NCBI GenBank assembly: GCA_017433375.1
Contig: JAFRHG010000002.1
Location: 27,361 to 91,360 of the forward strand
Direction of reading: 5' to 3'
DNA from: Bacillota bacterium
GTDB lineage: Bacteria > Bacillota > Clostridia > Peptostreptococcales > Anaerovoracaceae
Length of the DNA stretch: 64,000 nucleotides
Position numbers and translations under genes: made by a program. The notes below the pieces were generated by a model that was not told the DNA's origin, made no database searches, and worked only from the letters and a program-made list of their open reading frames with translations. This document shows positions 19,292 through 28,290 of this stretch, piece by piece (the stretch's first letter is position 1; each line of letters opens with the position of its first letter).

Positions 19292-20638
19292 CTAATTGCC
19301 GACGGCTTCCTGCAGGACCTTGTTGGCGACGGAGCCGGCAGCGTCGATGCCGTAGCCGCCCTTCTCGATCAGGACCACGAAGGCGTAGGGGTGCTCCGTG
19401 TCATCCAGGAAACCGACGAACCAGGAGTTGGGGCTGTCCTGGCCTTCGACCTCCGCCGTTCCCGTTTTGGCGCAGAGGGGCAGGCCGGGGAAGTTGTAGT
19501 CCCCGTCGTAGTGTTCTTTCACGTTGTTGGCCATCATCTCTTTCAGCGACTCGGCCGTCTCCGGTTCGATCATCTGTTTTGTGCGGTTGGTGATCTTGGA
19601 TACCTGCTTGTCCACCAGGGATCGGGGATCCAGGATGTAGGGCATGTGGGCCTCGCCGCCGTTGGCGATGGAACCCACGTAGACCATCATGCCGCAGGGA
19701 TTGACCATGTCATGGTACTGGCCGATGCCGGTCCAGGCCAGGTTGACTCCGCCTTCGGGGAAGTCAAAGGTGCCTTCCTTCGTGTGGATGCCGTTGATAT
19801 CGTAGCTGTCCATGAGGCCGGCTTTCTCGGTGTAGTTCTTCATCTGCTCTCCGCCAACTTTTCCGGCCAGCTTGCCGAAGTAGCAGTTGCAGGACACCTC
19901 CAGGGCCTTCTTCAGGTCCACGGTGCCGTGGGCCTCCTCGTCGGTGACCTTGTCGCCGTGTCCGTAATCCTCCACGCCGGTGCACTTGTACTCATAGGAG
20001 AAGGCGTCGTCCACCGTTTCGATGGCGGCGGCGGAGGTGACCAGCTTGAAGGTGGAGCCCGGCGCGAAGGTGGAACTGGTAAAGTGGTTGATGTAGGTTC
20101 CGCTCTCCACCTCCTCGGGAGGATCCAGGGGATCGTAGCTGGGGCCGCTGACCATGCAGAGGATCTCGCCGGTTTGGTAGTTGAAGATGCCCACCGTACC
20201 GCTCTGTCCCTCCATGGCGTCATAGGCCGCGGCGCACAGGCCAGCGTCCAGGGTCGAGTAAAGATCTATGCCCGCGTTGTTCAGGGCGTAGATGCCGTTG
20301 ACGAAATCGTAGCCGATCAGCTTGTCCAGGAAGGCACGGTTGGCGCCGGTGGCAATGTTGCTGCCTTTGTCCCCGGTGATGTGCATGCACCCCGCCCGGA
20401 CGTCGGAACTTTCGTTGAAGACCATGCCGTCCTTGGTGTTGCGCATGAGCAGCTCGCCGTGGCGGTCGTAGAGGGCGCCCTTGGCCAGCTTGCCGTCGGC
20501 ATAGACGTCCCGGTTGCCCTGGAAGGTCGCCCAGGAGGTGCCTTCGGACACGTCCCGGTAGATGAAGACACACAGGCCCATCACCAGGACAACGGCCACG
20601 AGGAGACACATGATTGCACGCCGTTCAATTTTTTTCAT
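19292..20638 (-). CDS. Class B penicillin-binding transpeptidase
   Basis: SxxK (PGSTFK), SxN (SCN), KTG (KTGTAE); N-terminal TM; coupled to the upstream SEDS gene. Confidence 0.9.
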   Translation of the reverse strand: MKKIERRAIMCLLVAVVLVMGLCVFIYRDVSEGTSWATFQGNRDVYADGKLAKGALYDRHGELLMRNTKDGMVFNESSDVRAGCMHITGDKGSNIATGANRAFLDKLIGYDFVNGIYALNNAGIDLYSTLDAGLCAAAYDAMEGQSGTVGIFNYQTGEILCMVSGPSYDPLDPPEEVESGTYINHFTSSTFAPGSTFKLVTSAAAIETVDDAFSYEYKCTGVEDYGHGDKVTDEEAHGTVDLKKALEVSCNCYFGKLAGKVGGEQMKNYTEKAGLMDSYDINGIHTKEGTFDFPEGGVNLAWTGIGQYHDMVNPCGMMVYVGSIANGGEAHMPYILDPRSLVDKQVSKITNRTKQMIEPETAESLKEMMANNVKEHYDGDYNFPGLPLCAKTGTAEVEGQDSPNSWFVGFLDDTEHPYAFVVLIEKGGYGIDAAGSVANKVLQEAVGN

Positions 20639-23109
20639 CGGTCATCGCCTCCAAAGATATCCTCCAGAGTCAGAGGACGTTCATCCTCATCATCCAGATA
20701 GGTACGTACATTGATTCGCCGGTCGCCTTCCTCGAAGCTGCGGAAGAAGGCATCGTCGTCCACGTTCCGGTAAGAGACGGAGCGGGGCGGCTGTTTCTTC
20801 GGCGCTTTCTTCGCCGGCGCCTTCGCCTGCTGTCCACCCCGGGCCGCCGACGTTTCCTGGGAACGGGCAGCGGATCTTGCCGCCGAAGAAGAAGCCGGTC
20901 TGGCTGCCTTGGAAGCCTGGCCGGAGGACTTGGCCGCCGGCCTCGCCGCCTGGCTGGCCGGCTTGGGGGAAGCGGATTTTGCCGCCGCCGATTTGGGCGC
21001 CGGCTGTTTCGGCGCCGCCTTGCGGGCCGGCTGGGATTGCTTTTTCGCCGAAGACCCCGATCCGGAGGCCTGGCGGGAGGAGCCTGCGGACTTCGACGAG
21101 GAAGCCTGCCTGCCGCTGCCGGCACTCTTGCTGGCCGCGGATCTGCCCGATGCCCCGCCGGACTTTCCGCTCGCGGATCTTCCGGCGGAAGAGGACTTGC
21201 CGCCCCGTTTGGCGGCCTTCCGGCTCTTCGGCGAGGACTCGTCCCGGATATCCTGCTGCATCTGCTCCCAGTACCGCTGGAACTCCGCGTCGTGTTCCAT
21301 GCGGTTCGCCAGGGATTCGCCGCTGACGGCCTCCATGCCGTCGATGGCGGTGAAGATATCCTCGGGGTTCTGGAAATCACCTTCGGAAAGGTGGTCTTTG
21401 TATTCGCTCTTGCGGTCCAGGCGGATGGCGAAGCTGGCGTTCTGCCGGGTGTCCGCCGCCTTCAGGAAGGCCAGCATGCCCCAGGTGGCGATCATACTGG
21501 TGCCGCCGGCGGACACAAAGGGGAAGGTCACGCCGGTCAGGGGAAGCAGGTCCACGGAACCGAAAACGTTAAGCATGGTCTGGAAGACCAGAAGTGTCGA
21601 TGTGGAGCAGGCGGCGATGCTGTAGTATGTCGACCGGCCCGCCGCGATGGCCCGGAAGGCGAAGATGGCCAGGGTGATGATGCACAGAACGGCCAGGACC
21701 GCGATGATCAGGCCCCACTCTTCGCCCAGCATGCCGAAGACCAGGTCGGTGCCGGCGCCGAAGATGCTGCCCAGATTGCCTTCGCCCGCGCCCAGGCCGG
21801 GAAGGCCGCCGCTGGCGATGGCGCTCATGGTCTGCACCTGCTGGAAGCCGCCGCCGGTGGGATCCTCCCACACGTGCCCCCAGGTCTCAAACCGGGAGGC
21901 GATGTAGGGACGGAACCGGAGGACCATCATGCCCATGAGGCCGGCCGCGCCGAGGATGAGAAAGAGCTTGGTGAAGTCGCCGGACCGGAGGAAGGAGATG
22001 ATCAGGAATGTGACGAAGAATATGATCGCCGTTCCGAAGTCTCCCATCAGGGCCAGACAGCCCAGGCAGAACACGCTGAAGCCCATGAATTTATACAGGC
22101 TCAGCTTTTGCTGCAGTTCGTCCAGGGTCGCCGCGCCCACGTAGATAAAGGCAATCTTGACCAGCTCCGAAGGCTGGAAAGTGAAGCCGCCCAGGGAGAT
22201 CCAGTTCTGCGCGCCGTTGGCCGTCATGCCGAAGGCCAGGTTGATCAGCAGCAGGACCACGCTGCCGGCCATGAAAAGGTAGGTGACCCGCTGAGTGCGC
22301 TTCAGGTCGCGCAGGTACCAGCACAGGAAAAAGAACATGCCCACGCCCAGGCAGATGCAGATGGCCTGCTTGAGCACCCCCGAACCAGAGGAGGCATAGG
22401 AATAGGAGGCGGTGATGGCCAGACTCAGGGTGCTGAGGAAAAAGGCGATCACCTCCATCTCAAATCCGTTCCGCCGGAAGACCCGCATGATGATCACATA
22501 GGCCCACATGAGGGCGCAGACCAGGGCGAAGCCGGCGGTGATGGAGGACGAATAATTGTCGCCCATGGCCACCTGGAACTGGAGAACGGTCAGCACCTGG
22601 AAGATGGTCAGCATGACCAGGGAAGGCCAGGGGGAAACGGGGCGGGAGCGCCGCTTGCGCTTCTCCACGTTGGCCAGCCGTTCTTTCAGGGAGACCGGAT
22701 AGAGTTCGAAATCCTCGCCGCCGATGGTCAGCTGGTCGCCGCCCTTGAGCTGGGTGGGTTCGGTGACCCGGACGCCGTTGATCAGCGATCCGTTGCGGGA
22801 GTTCAGGTCGTGGTAGCGCCAGACCCCGTCGGAATCCCGGATCAGGGTGGCGTGGCTGCGGGATACGCTGGACAGATTCAGGATGATGTCACAGCCCCGG
22901 CCCCGGCCGATCAGGTTCTCCCAGTGGGTCAGGGGGACGCTGGATCCGTCAGGGCAGCGCAGGTAGGCCCAGATCTCCGAAGGATTGCGCATCTTCAGCA
23001 GGGACATGATCTGGTGCAGGAGGATCAGGGCGGCCAGGCCGACACAGACCCATCGCACACCGGTCGTGTAATATAAGTTGATGAACTCCATGAGTGATGA
23101 ATTATCCAT
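20635..23109 (-). CDS. FHA domain-FtsW/RodA/SpoVE (SEDS) fusion with long low-complexity C-terminal tail
   Basis: FHA (IGRGRGCDI, VSRSHA, DLNSRNGS); SEDS (FQPSELVK, DFGT, GEEWG, LPLTGVTFPFVSAGGTS). Confidence 0.9.
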   Translation of the reverse strand: MDNSSLMEFINLYYTTGVRWVCVGLAALILLHQIMSLLKMRNPSEIWAYLRCPDGSSVPLTHWENLIGRGRGCDIILNLSSVSRSHATLIRDSDGVWRYHDLNSRNGSLINGVRVTEPTQLKGGDQLTIGGEDFELYPVSLKERLANVEKRKRRSRPVSPWPSLVMLTIFQVLTVLQFQVAMGDNYSSSITAGFALVCALMWAYVIIMRVFRRNGFEMEVIAFFLSTLSLAITASYSYASSGSGVLKQAICICLGVGMFFFLCWYLRDLKRTQRVTYLFMAGSVVLLLINLAFGMTANGAQNWISLGGFTFQPSELVKIAFIYVGAATLDELQQKLSLYKFMGFSVFCLGCLALMGDFGTAIIFFVTFLIISFLRSGDFTKLFLILGAAGLMGMMVLRFRPYIASRFETWGHVWEDPTGGGFQQVQTMSAIASGGLPGLGAGEGNLGSIFGAGTDLVFGMLGEEWGLIIAVLAVLCIITLAIFAFRAIAAGRSTYYSIAACSTSTLLVFQTMLNVFGSVDLLPLTGVTFPFVSAGGTSMIATWGMLAFLKAADTRQNASFAIRLDRKSEYKDHLSEGDFQNPEDIFTAIDGMEAVSGESLANRMEHDAEFQRYWEQMQQDIRDESSPKSRKAAKRGGKSSSAGRSASGKSGGASGRSAASKSAGSGRQASSSKSAGSSRQASGSGSSAKKQSQPARKAAPKQPAPKSAAAKSASPKPASQAARPAAKSSGQASKAARPASSSAARSAARSQETSAARGGQQAKAPAKKAPKKQPPRSVSYRNVDDDAFFRSFEEGDRRINVRTYLDDEDERPLTLEDIFGGDDR

Positions 23110-23133
23110 ACAGCGGTTTTCCGTTCCTGTCTA

Positions 23134-24084
23134 CTAAATATGCTGCAGAAGTATGGCATGCAGCGGGATGGTGACGATGCACATGAGCGTCGTCAGCATC
23201 ACGCCGGTGGATGCAAATTCAACGTCGCCTTTGTACCGTTCGGAGAAGATCACCGACAGCATGGCCACAGGCATGGCCGCCTGCATGACGATGACCGAAG
23301 CCAGAAGGCTTCCCGTCCCGATGGTCAGCCGGACGATCCCCAGCGCGATGAGGGGGAAGATGATCAGCTTGACCAGGCAGACCAGCCAGGCGGCGCCGCT
23401 GCCGAAAAGATCCCGGATCCGCACGCTCGCCAGATGGGAGCCGACCACGATCATGGCCAGGGGGCTGGTGATGTTGCCGATCCGCTCCACGGGTACGGCG
23501 ACGATCTCCGGCAGGGTGATGCCGCAGATGTACAGGGTCAGCCCGATCAGCACGCCCACCAGGCAGGGGTTGATCAGGCCCTTCATGGTCTCCCGGATGC
23601 TCAGGCGGTGGTCCGAGGCGCCGTTTCGGATCAGGGTGATGCCGATGGTGAACATGAAGATGTCATAGGACGAATCGCAGAGGGCTCCGTAGAAGACCGC
23701 CTCCGATCCGAAGAGACCGTTCAGCACCGGCAGACCGATGAATCCGGTGTTGCCGAAGACCATCATAAAGGCAAAGATGCCGGCTCTTTCCGGCGGCAGC
23801 TTGACCGCCAGCGTGACCAGTTTGGATACGATCAGCGCGGCGATGACAGCGCCGAAAATGATCAGCACCACGTATTTGCAGTTGTTCAGTACGCGCATGG
23901 AGAATTCCATCTGCATGGCGGTGATGACCAGGCAGGGGTAGGTGACGCAGGTGATCAGCGAAGACATGCCCGCCGTGTGCTGCTTGTTCAGGATACCCAG
24001 TTTCGCAACGATATATCCCGGCAGAATGATGATAAAGGTTTTGGCAAGGGCAGCGATGATGTCCACTGTTGCCAGCTGTTCCAT
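23134..24084 (-). CDS. AEC (auxin efflux carrier) family transporter
   Basis: FGNTGFIGLP, NPCL, PLAMIVVG, KLIIFP, AAMP motifs; about 10 TM. Confidence 0.88.
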   Translation of the reverse strand: MEQLATVDIIAALAKTFIIILPGYIVAKLGILNKQHTAGMSSLITCVTYPCLVITAMQMEFSMRVLNNCKYVVLIIFGAVIAALIVSKLVTLAVKLPPERAGIFAFMMVFGNTGFIGLPVLNGLFGSEAVFYGALCDSSYDIFMFTIGITLIRNGASDHRLSIRETMKGLINPCLVGVLIGLTLYICGITLPEIVAVPVERIGNITSPLAMIVVGSHLASVRIRDLFGSGAAWLVCLVKLIIFPLIALGIVRLTIGTGSLLASVIVMQAAMPVAMLSVIFSERYKGDVEFASTGVMLTTLMCIVTIPLHAILLQHI

Positions 24085-24219
24085 AACGACACCTCAAAAA
24101 CCTGTCCGCCAAAATCCCGGCGGATCAGTACATGCACATACATATACAATTATTGCACGAAATCCGGGAAAATGATAGTATTAATGCGTAAAAACCCATT
24201 CTGACAAGGAGGAAATGAA

Positions 24220-24765
24220 ATGCTGAAATTTGCTTTTCTGATCAACGTCCCCGGACAGTCACCGGAAACCTTCTCGGGAACCTACGAGAACGGGGAGAGC
24301 TTCAATCTGGTCGCCGGCACCGGCGATATGGCCATGGCGAAGGACTTCGTGAAGAAGCTGGTGTCCGAGGGCTACACCCTGCTGAATCTGTGCGGCGATT
24401 TCGACGACGAGATCACGGGACAGATGCAGGAAGCGGCCGGCCCGGAGGTGAAGATCCGCCACGCGGACTACCTGCCGGAGGAACTGGCGAAGGTGGAAGC
24501 TCTGGAGGAGTTCACAAAATACGGCGCGGTCATCGTCATGAGAGGCGTTGAGGAGCCTGCGGAAGTGGACCTTTCCTGCGAGGGGTTTGAAGCAAAGGCA
24601 ATCTTTGTCAAGGATCAGGCTCAGGCCAATGAAGCGGCGAAGAAGCTGGCTGAGGAAGGCGTACATGATATTGAGCTGTGCAGCTGGTTTGACCGGGCGA
24701 AGACGGAGGAAGTCATTTCCGCCATCGGCGGCGCGGTGCCTGTCGGCTCCTGCGGAGAGCTTTAA
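24220..24765 (+). CDS. Protein with two tandem DUF6506-like domains
   Basis: Internal duplication: KKLVSEGYTLLNLCGDF and KKLAEEGVHDIELCSWF. Confidence 0.65.
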   Translation: MLKFAFLINVPGQSPETFSGTYENGESFNLVAGTGDMAMAKDFVKKLVSEGYTLLNLCGDFDDEITGQMQEAAGPEVKIRHADYLPEELAKVEALEEFTKYGAVIVMRGVEEPAEVDLSCEGFEAKAIFVKDQAQANEAAKKLAEEGVHDIELCSWFDRAKTEEVISAIGGAVPVGSCGEL

Positions 24766-26526
24766 GTGAACAGAAGGCCCATTCCTGAAAACCATAAAGA
24801 CTATTCACAGCCGATCCTGAAGGTGTTTCTCGGATACTTCAGACCGCACTGGAAACTGTTCGCCCTGGACCTGTCCTGCGCGCTGGCGGCTTCCCTCATC
24901 GATCTGGCGTTTCCCCTGGCCGCCCGCCGGGCCATGTACACCATGCTGCCCAACAAGGCCTTTGAAGCGTTCTTCACGATCATGGCTGTGTTTGTTGTTG
25001 CCTTTGTACTGAAGGCGGTGCTCCAGTACGTCATCACCTACTGGGGCCACATGTTCGGCGTCCGGGTGGAGGCGGACCTGAGGGAGGACCTCTTCGTCCA
25101 CATGCAGTCCCTGGACTACGAGTTTTTTGATAAGAACCGGACGGGACAGCTCCTTTCCCGGATGACCGGCGATCTCTTTGAGATCACCGAGTTCGCCCAC
25201 CACGGGCCGGAGGACGTGTTCATCGCTTCGGTGACCATCATCGGCGCGGTGATCATCATGTTCACCATCCAGTGGAAGCTGGCTCTGCTCATCCTGATCC
25301 TGCTTCCCATCGCCCTGTTCATCGTGCTCCTCTGCCGCAGCAGGATGGTACGGACCTCCGGGGAGGTCAAGGTCCGCCTGGCGGAGATCAACGGGGAGAT
25401 CGAATCGGGGCTGTCGGGGATCCGCACCTCCAAGGCATTCGCCAATGAGGAGACAGATTACACCAAGTTCGCCGAGGCCAACGAGGAATTCAAGACAGCC
25501 AAGTGCGAGAACTACCGGGCCTTCGGTCAGTTCGCCTCGTCCCTGGAGTACTTCATGAGCATCATGCCCGTGGCCATCATGGCCTTCGGCGGCTGGCTGA
25601 TCATGAAGGACAATATGAACTACGTGGACATGATCACCTTCTACCTTTATATCAGCACTTTCATCACGCCCATCCGCAAGCTGGCCAATTTCATGGAGAC
25701 TTTCATGAACGGCTGGGCGGGCCTGACCCGGTTCATGAACATCATGCGCATGCAGCCCAAGGTGACCGATGCTCCCGACGCGGTGGTACTGACGTCGGTG
25801 GAAGGCCGGATCGATATGGAGGATGTCTGGTTCACCTACGATGAGGAAAAGGACGTGCTGCGGGGCGTGGACCTTCACGTCAGCCCCGGGGAGACCGTGG
25901 CCATCGTCGGGCCGTCCGGCGGCGGCAAGACCACCCTGTGCCAGCTGATCCCCCGCTTCTACGATGTGGAGGCGGGTGCCATCCGCATCGACGGCACCGA
26001 TGTGCGGCAGGTCAAGAAGGACTCCCTGCGCAAGGCCATCGGCATCGTGCAGCAGGACGTGTTCCTGTTCCCCGACACCATTCGGGAGAACATCCGCTAC
26101 GGCCGGCCCGACGCCACCGATGAGGAAGTGAAGGAAGCGGCCATCAAGGCGGAACTCTACGAGGACATCCTGGGCATGCCCAGGCAGTTCGATACGTATA
26201 CGGGAGAGCGGGGCGTGCGCCTGTCAGGAGGCCAGAAACAGAGGGTCTCCATCGCCCGGATCTTTCTCAAGAATCCCCCCGTCCTGATTCTGGATGAGGC
26301 CACTTCGGCCCTGGACACGGTAACGGAGTCCAGGATCCAGGGCGCCTTTGACAAGCTGGCGGAGGGCAGAACGACGATCATCATTGCGCACCGGCTTTCG
26401 ACCATACGCAATGCGGACCGGATCATCCTCATCGATGAAGGGGAGATCCGGGAAGAAGGTACCCATGAGGAACTCATGGCCCTGGGCGGACAGTACGCGG
26501 CCCTGTACCGGTTCAGCGTGCAGTAA
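24766..26526 (+). CDS. ABC exporter, fused permease/ATPase
   Basis: Six TM helices plus GPSGGGKT, LSGGQKQR, LILDEATS. Confidence 0.92.
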   Translation: MNRRPIPENHKDYSQPILKVFLGYFRPHWKLFALDLSCALAASLIDLAFPLAARRAMYTMLPNKAFEAFFTIMAVFVVAFVLKAVLQYVITYWGHMFGVRVEADLREDLFVHMQSLDYEFFDKNRTGQLLSRMTGDLFEITEFAHHGPEDVFIASVTIIGAVIIMFTIQWKLALLILILLPIALFIVLLCRSRMVRTSGEVKVRLAEINGEIESGLSGIRTSKAFANEETDYTKFAEANEEFKTAKCENYRAFGQFASSLEYFMSIMPVAIMAFGGWLIMKDNMNYVDMITFYLYISTFITPIRKLANFMETFMNGWAGLTRFMNIMRMQPKVTDAPDAVVLTSVEGRIDMEDVWFTYDEEKDVLRGVDLHVSPGETVAIVGPSGGGKTTLCQLIPRFYDVEAGAIRIDGTDVRQVKKDSLRKAIGIVQQDVFLFPDTIRENIRYGRPDATDEEVKEAAIKAELYEDILGMPRQFDTYTGERGVRLSGGQKQRVSIARIFLKNPPVLILDEATSALDTVTESRIQGAFDKLAEGRTTIIIAHRLSTIRNADRIILIDEGEIREEGTHEELMALGGQYAALYRFSVQ

Positions 26527-26605
26527 GAAGAAGGGGCGGGGACGCCGCCTGCGATGAGTAACAGTATGGGAAACCGTTGAATAGGATTGCTTTTGGAGGA
26601 GACAA

Positions 26606-28027
26606 ATGTTATACGGCGAAGAAAACAAAGCGAAACTGAGAAGCATGACCTTCGGCTACGGATCGAAGGAGAAGGGGTCCGTGATCCCCAGATACCGGCT
26701 CAATGAGGAGTCCATCGACCCGGATGCGGCCAAGGGGCTGATCATGAACCAGCTTCTGGACGAGGGAAATTCCCGTCTGAACATGGCCACCTTCTGCCAG
26801 ACCTACATGGAGAAGCAGGCGGTGGAACTGATGGCCGAGACCCTGGACAAGAACGCCATCGACAAATCCGAATACCCCCAGGTGGCGGAGCTGGAAAACC
26901 GCTGCGTCAATATTCTCGCCCATCTGTGGAACGCGCCGAAGAAGTCCGACTATCTGGGCACCTCCACCGTGGGCTCCAGCGAAGCCTGTATGCTGGCGGG
27001 CATGGCCATGAAGTTCCGTTGGAGAAACCGGGCGCGGGCCTGCGGCCTCGACGTGAACGCGAAGAAGCCCAATCTGATCATGAGCGCCGCCTATCAGGTG
27101 TGCTGGGAGAAGTTCTGCGTCTACTGGGATGTGGAGCTGCGCGTCGTTCCGGTGACCAGAAGCAACATGACCCTGGACCTGGATACGGTGATGGACTATG
27201 TGGATGAGTACACCATCGGCATCGTGGGGATCATGGGGACGACCTATACCGGAGAGTACGACGACATCAAGGCGCTGAACTTCCTGGTGGACGGATACAA
27301 CAAGGCCCACGAGGGAGGCCACGAGCTGGTCATCCACATCGACGGCGCCAGCGGCGGCATGTTCGCGCCCTTTACGGAACCGGAACTGGAGTGGGACTTC
27401 CGTCTGGAGCACGTGGTGTCCATTTCCACCTCCGGACACAAGTACGGACTGACCTATCCCGGCGTGGGCTGGGTGGTCTGGAGAGGCAAGGAGTACCTGC
27501 CCGAGGAGCTGATCTTCCGGGTCAGCTACCTGGGCGGCGAGATGCCCACCATGGCCATCAACTTCTCCCGCAGCGCCAGCCAGATCGTCGGCCAGTACTA
27601 CAACTTCCTGCGTTTCGGCCGCCAGGGCTACAGCCATATCCATCTGAAGACCCGGGAGATCGCCGGCCTCATCGCCGACCGGATCGAGCACACGGGGCTT
27701 TTCGAACTGTATAATACGGGATCCCGGATGCCCATCGTCTGCTACCGGCTGAAGCCTAACGCCCAGTACAGGGACGGCACGAAGGTGGTCTGGAATCTCT
27801 ACGACCTGTCCGACCGGCTGCGCATGCACGGCTGGCAGGTGCCGGCCTACCCGCTGCCCGACGGGGCGGAGGAGGTCACGGTGCAGCGGATCGTCTGCCG
27901 GGCGGACCTGACCTTCAACCTGGCCGAGGCCTTCGTCATGGACTTCCGGGAGTGCCTGGACGACCTGAAGAACGCCCACGTGCTGTGCAATGAGGGCAAG
28001 ACCGGATCCTACGGATTCACCCACTAG
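26606..28027 (+). CDS. gadB: Glutamate decarboxylase (PLP-dependent, group II)
   Basis: NMATFCQT, KNAIDKSEYP, STVGSSEA, IHIDGASGG, SGHKYGL (PLP lysine), GWQVPAY. Confidence 0.93.
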   Translation: MLYGEENKAKLRSMTFGYGSKEKGSVIPRYRLNEESIDPDAAKGLIMNQLLDEGNSRLNMATFCQTYMEKQAVELMAETLDKNAIDKSEYPQVAELENRCVNILAHLWNAPKKSDYLGTSTVGSSEACMLAGMAMKFRWRNRARACGLDVNAKKPNLIMSAAYQVCWEKFCVYWDVELRVVPVTRSNMTLDLDTVMDYVDEYTIGIVGIMGTTYTGEYDDIKALNFLVDGYNKAHEGGHELVIHIDGASGGMFAPFTEPELEWDFRLEHVVSISTSGHKYGLTYPGVGWVVWRGKEYLPEELIFRVSYLGGEMPTMAINFSRSASQIVGQYYNFLRFGRQGYSHIHLKTREIAGLIADRIEHTGLFELYNTGSRMPIVCYRLKPNAQYRDGTKVVWNLYDLSDRLRMHGWQVPAYPLPDGAEEVTVQRIVCRADLTFNLAEAFVMDFRECLDDLKNAHVLCNEGKTGSYGFTH

Positions 28028-28290
28028 GCCCTTCCGCGTTACTTGACCGACCCCTTCAGCGGTCGCGGTCCAGAAATAGCCATTCCTGATCGGTGACCGC
28101 GGAAAAACTATCGCACAGTAAAGTGCCGGCCGCCCCTCAGAGCCGAAAATGCATGTGTTTTCCCCTTAAAACCGGTAGCTTCTCCTGCAAACGGGGTTGT
28201 TGATCGATTCATTTCCGCGGTTGAAATCGAAAACGTTGAAAAATCAAAGGGGCCCGCTGAAAGCCTCCGTTTGAGTTGGCATATTTTGAA

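Noticed and set aside
28030-28290. att site or integrase at the left edge of the foreign block
   Set aside because: No tRNA, integrase, transposase or matching direct repeat at both ends could be identified, so the block is called only on composition.
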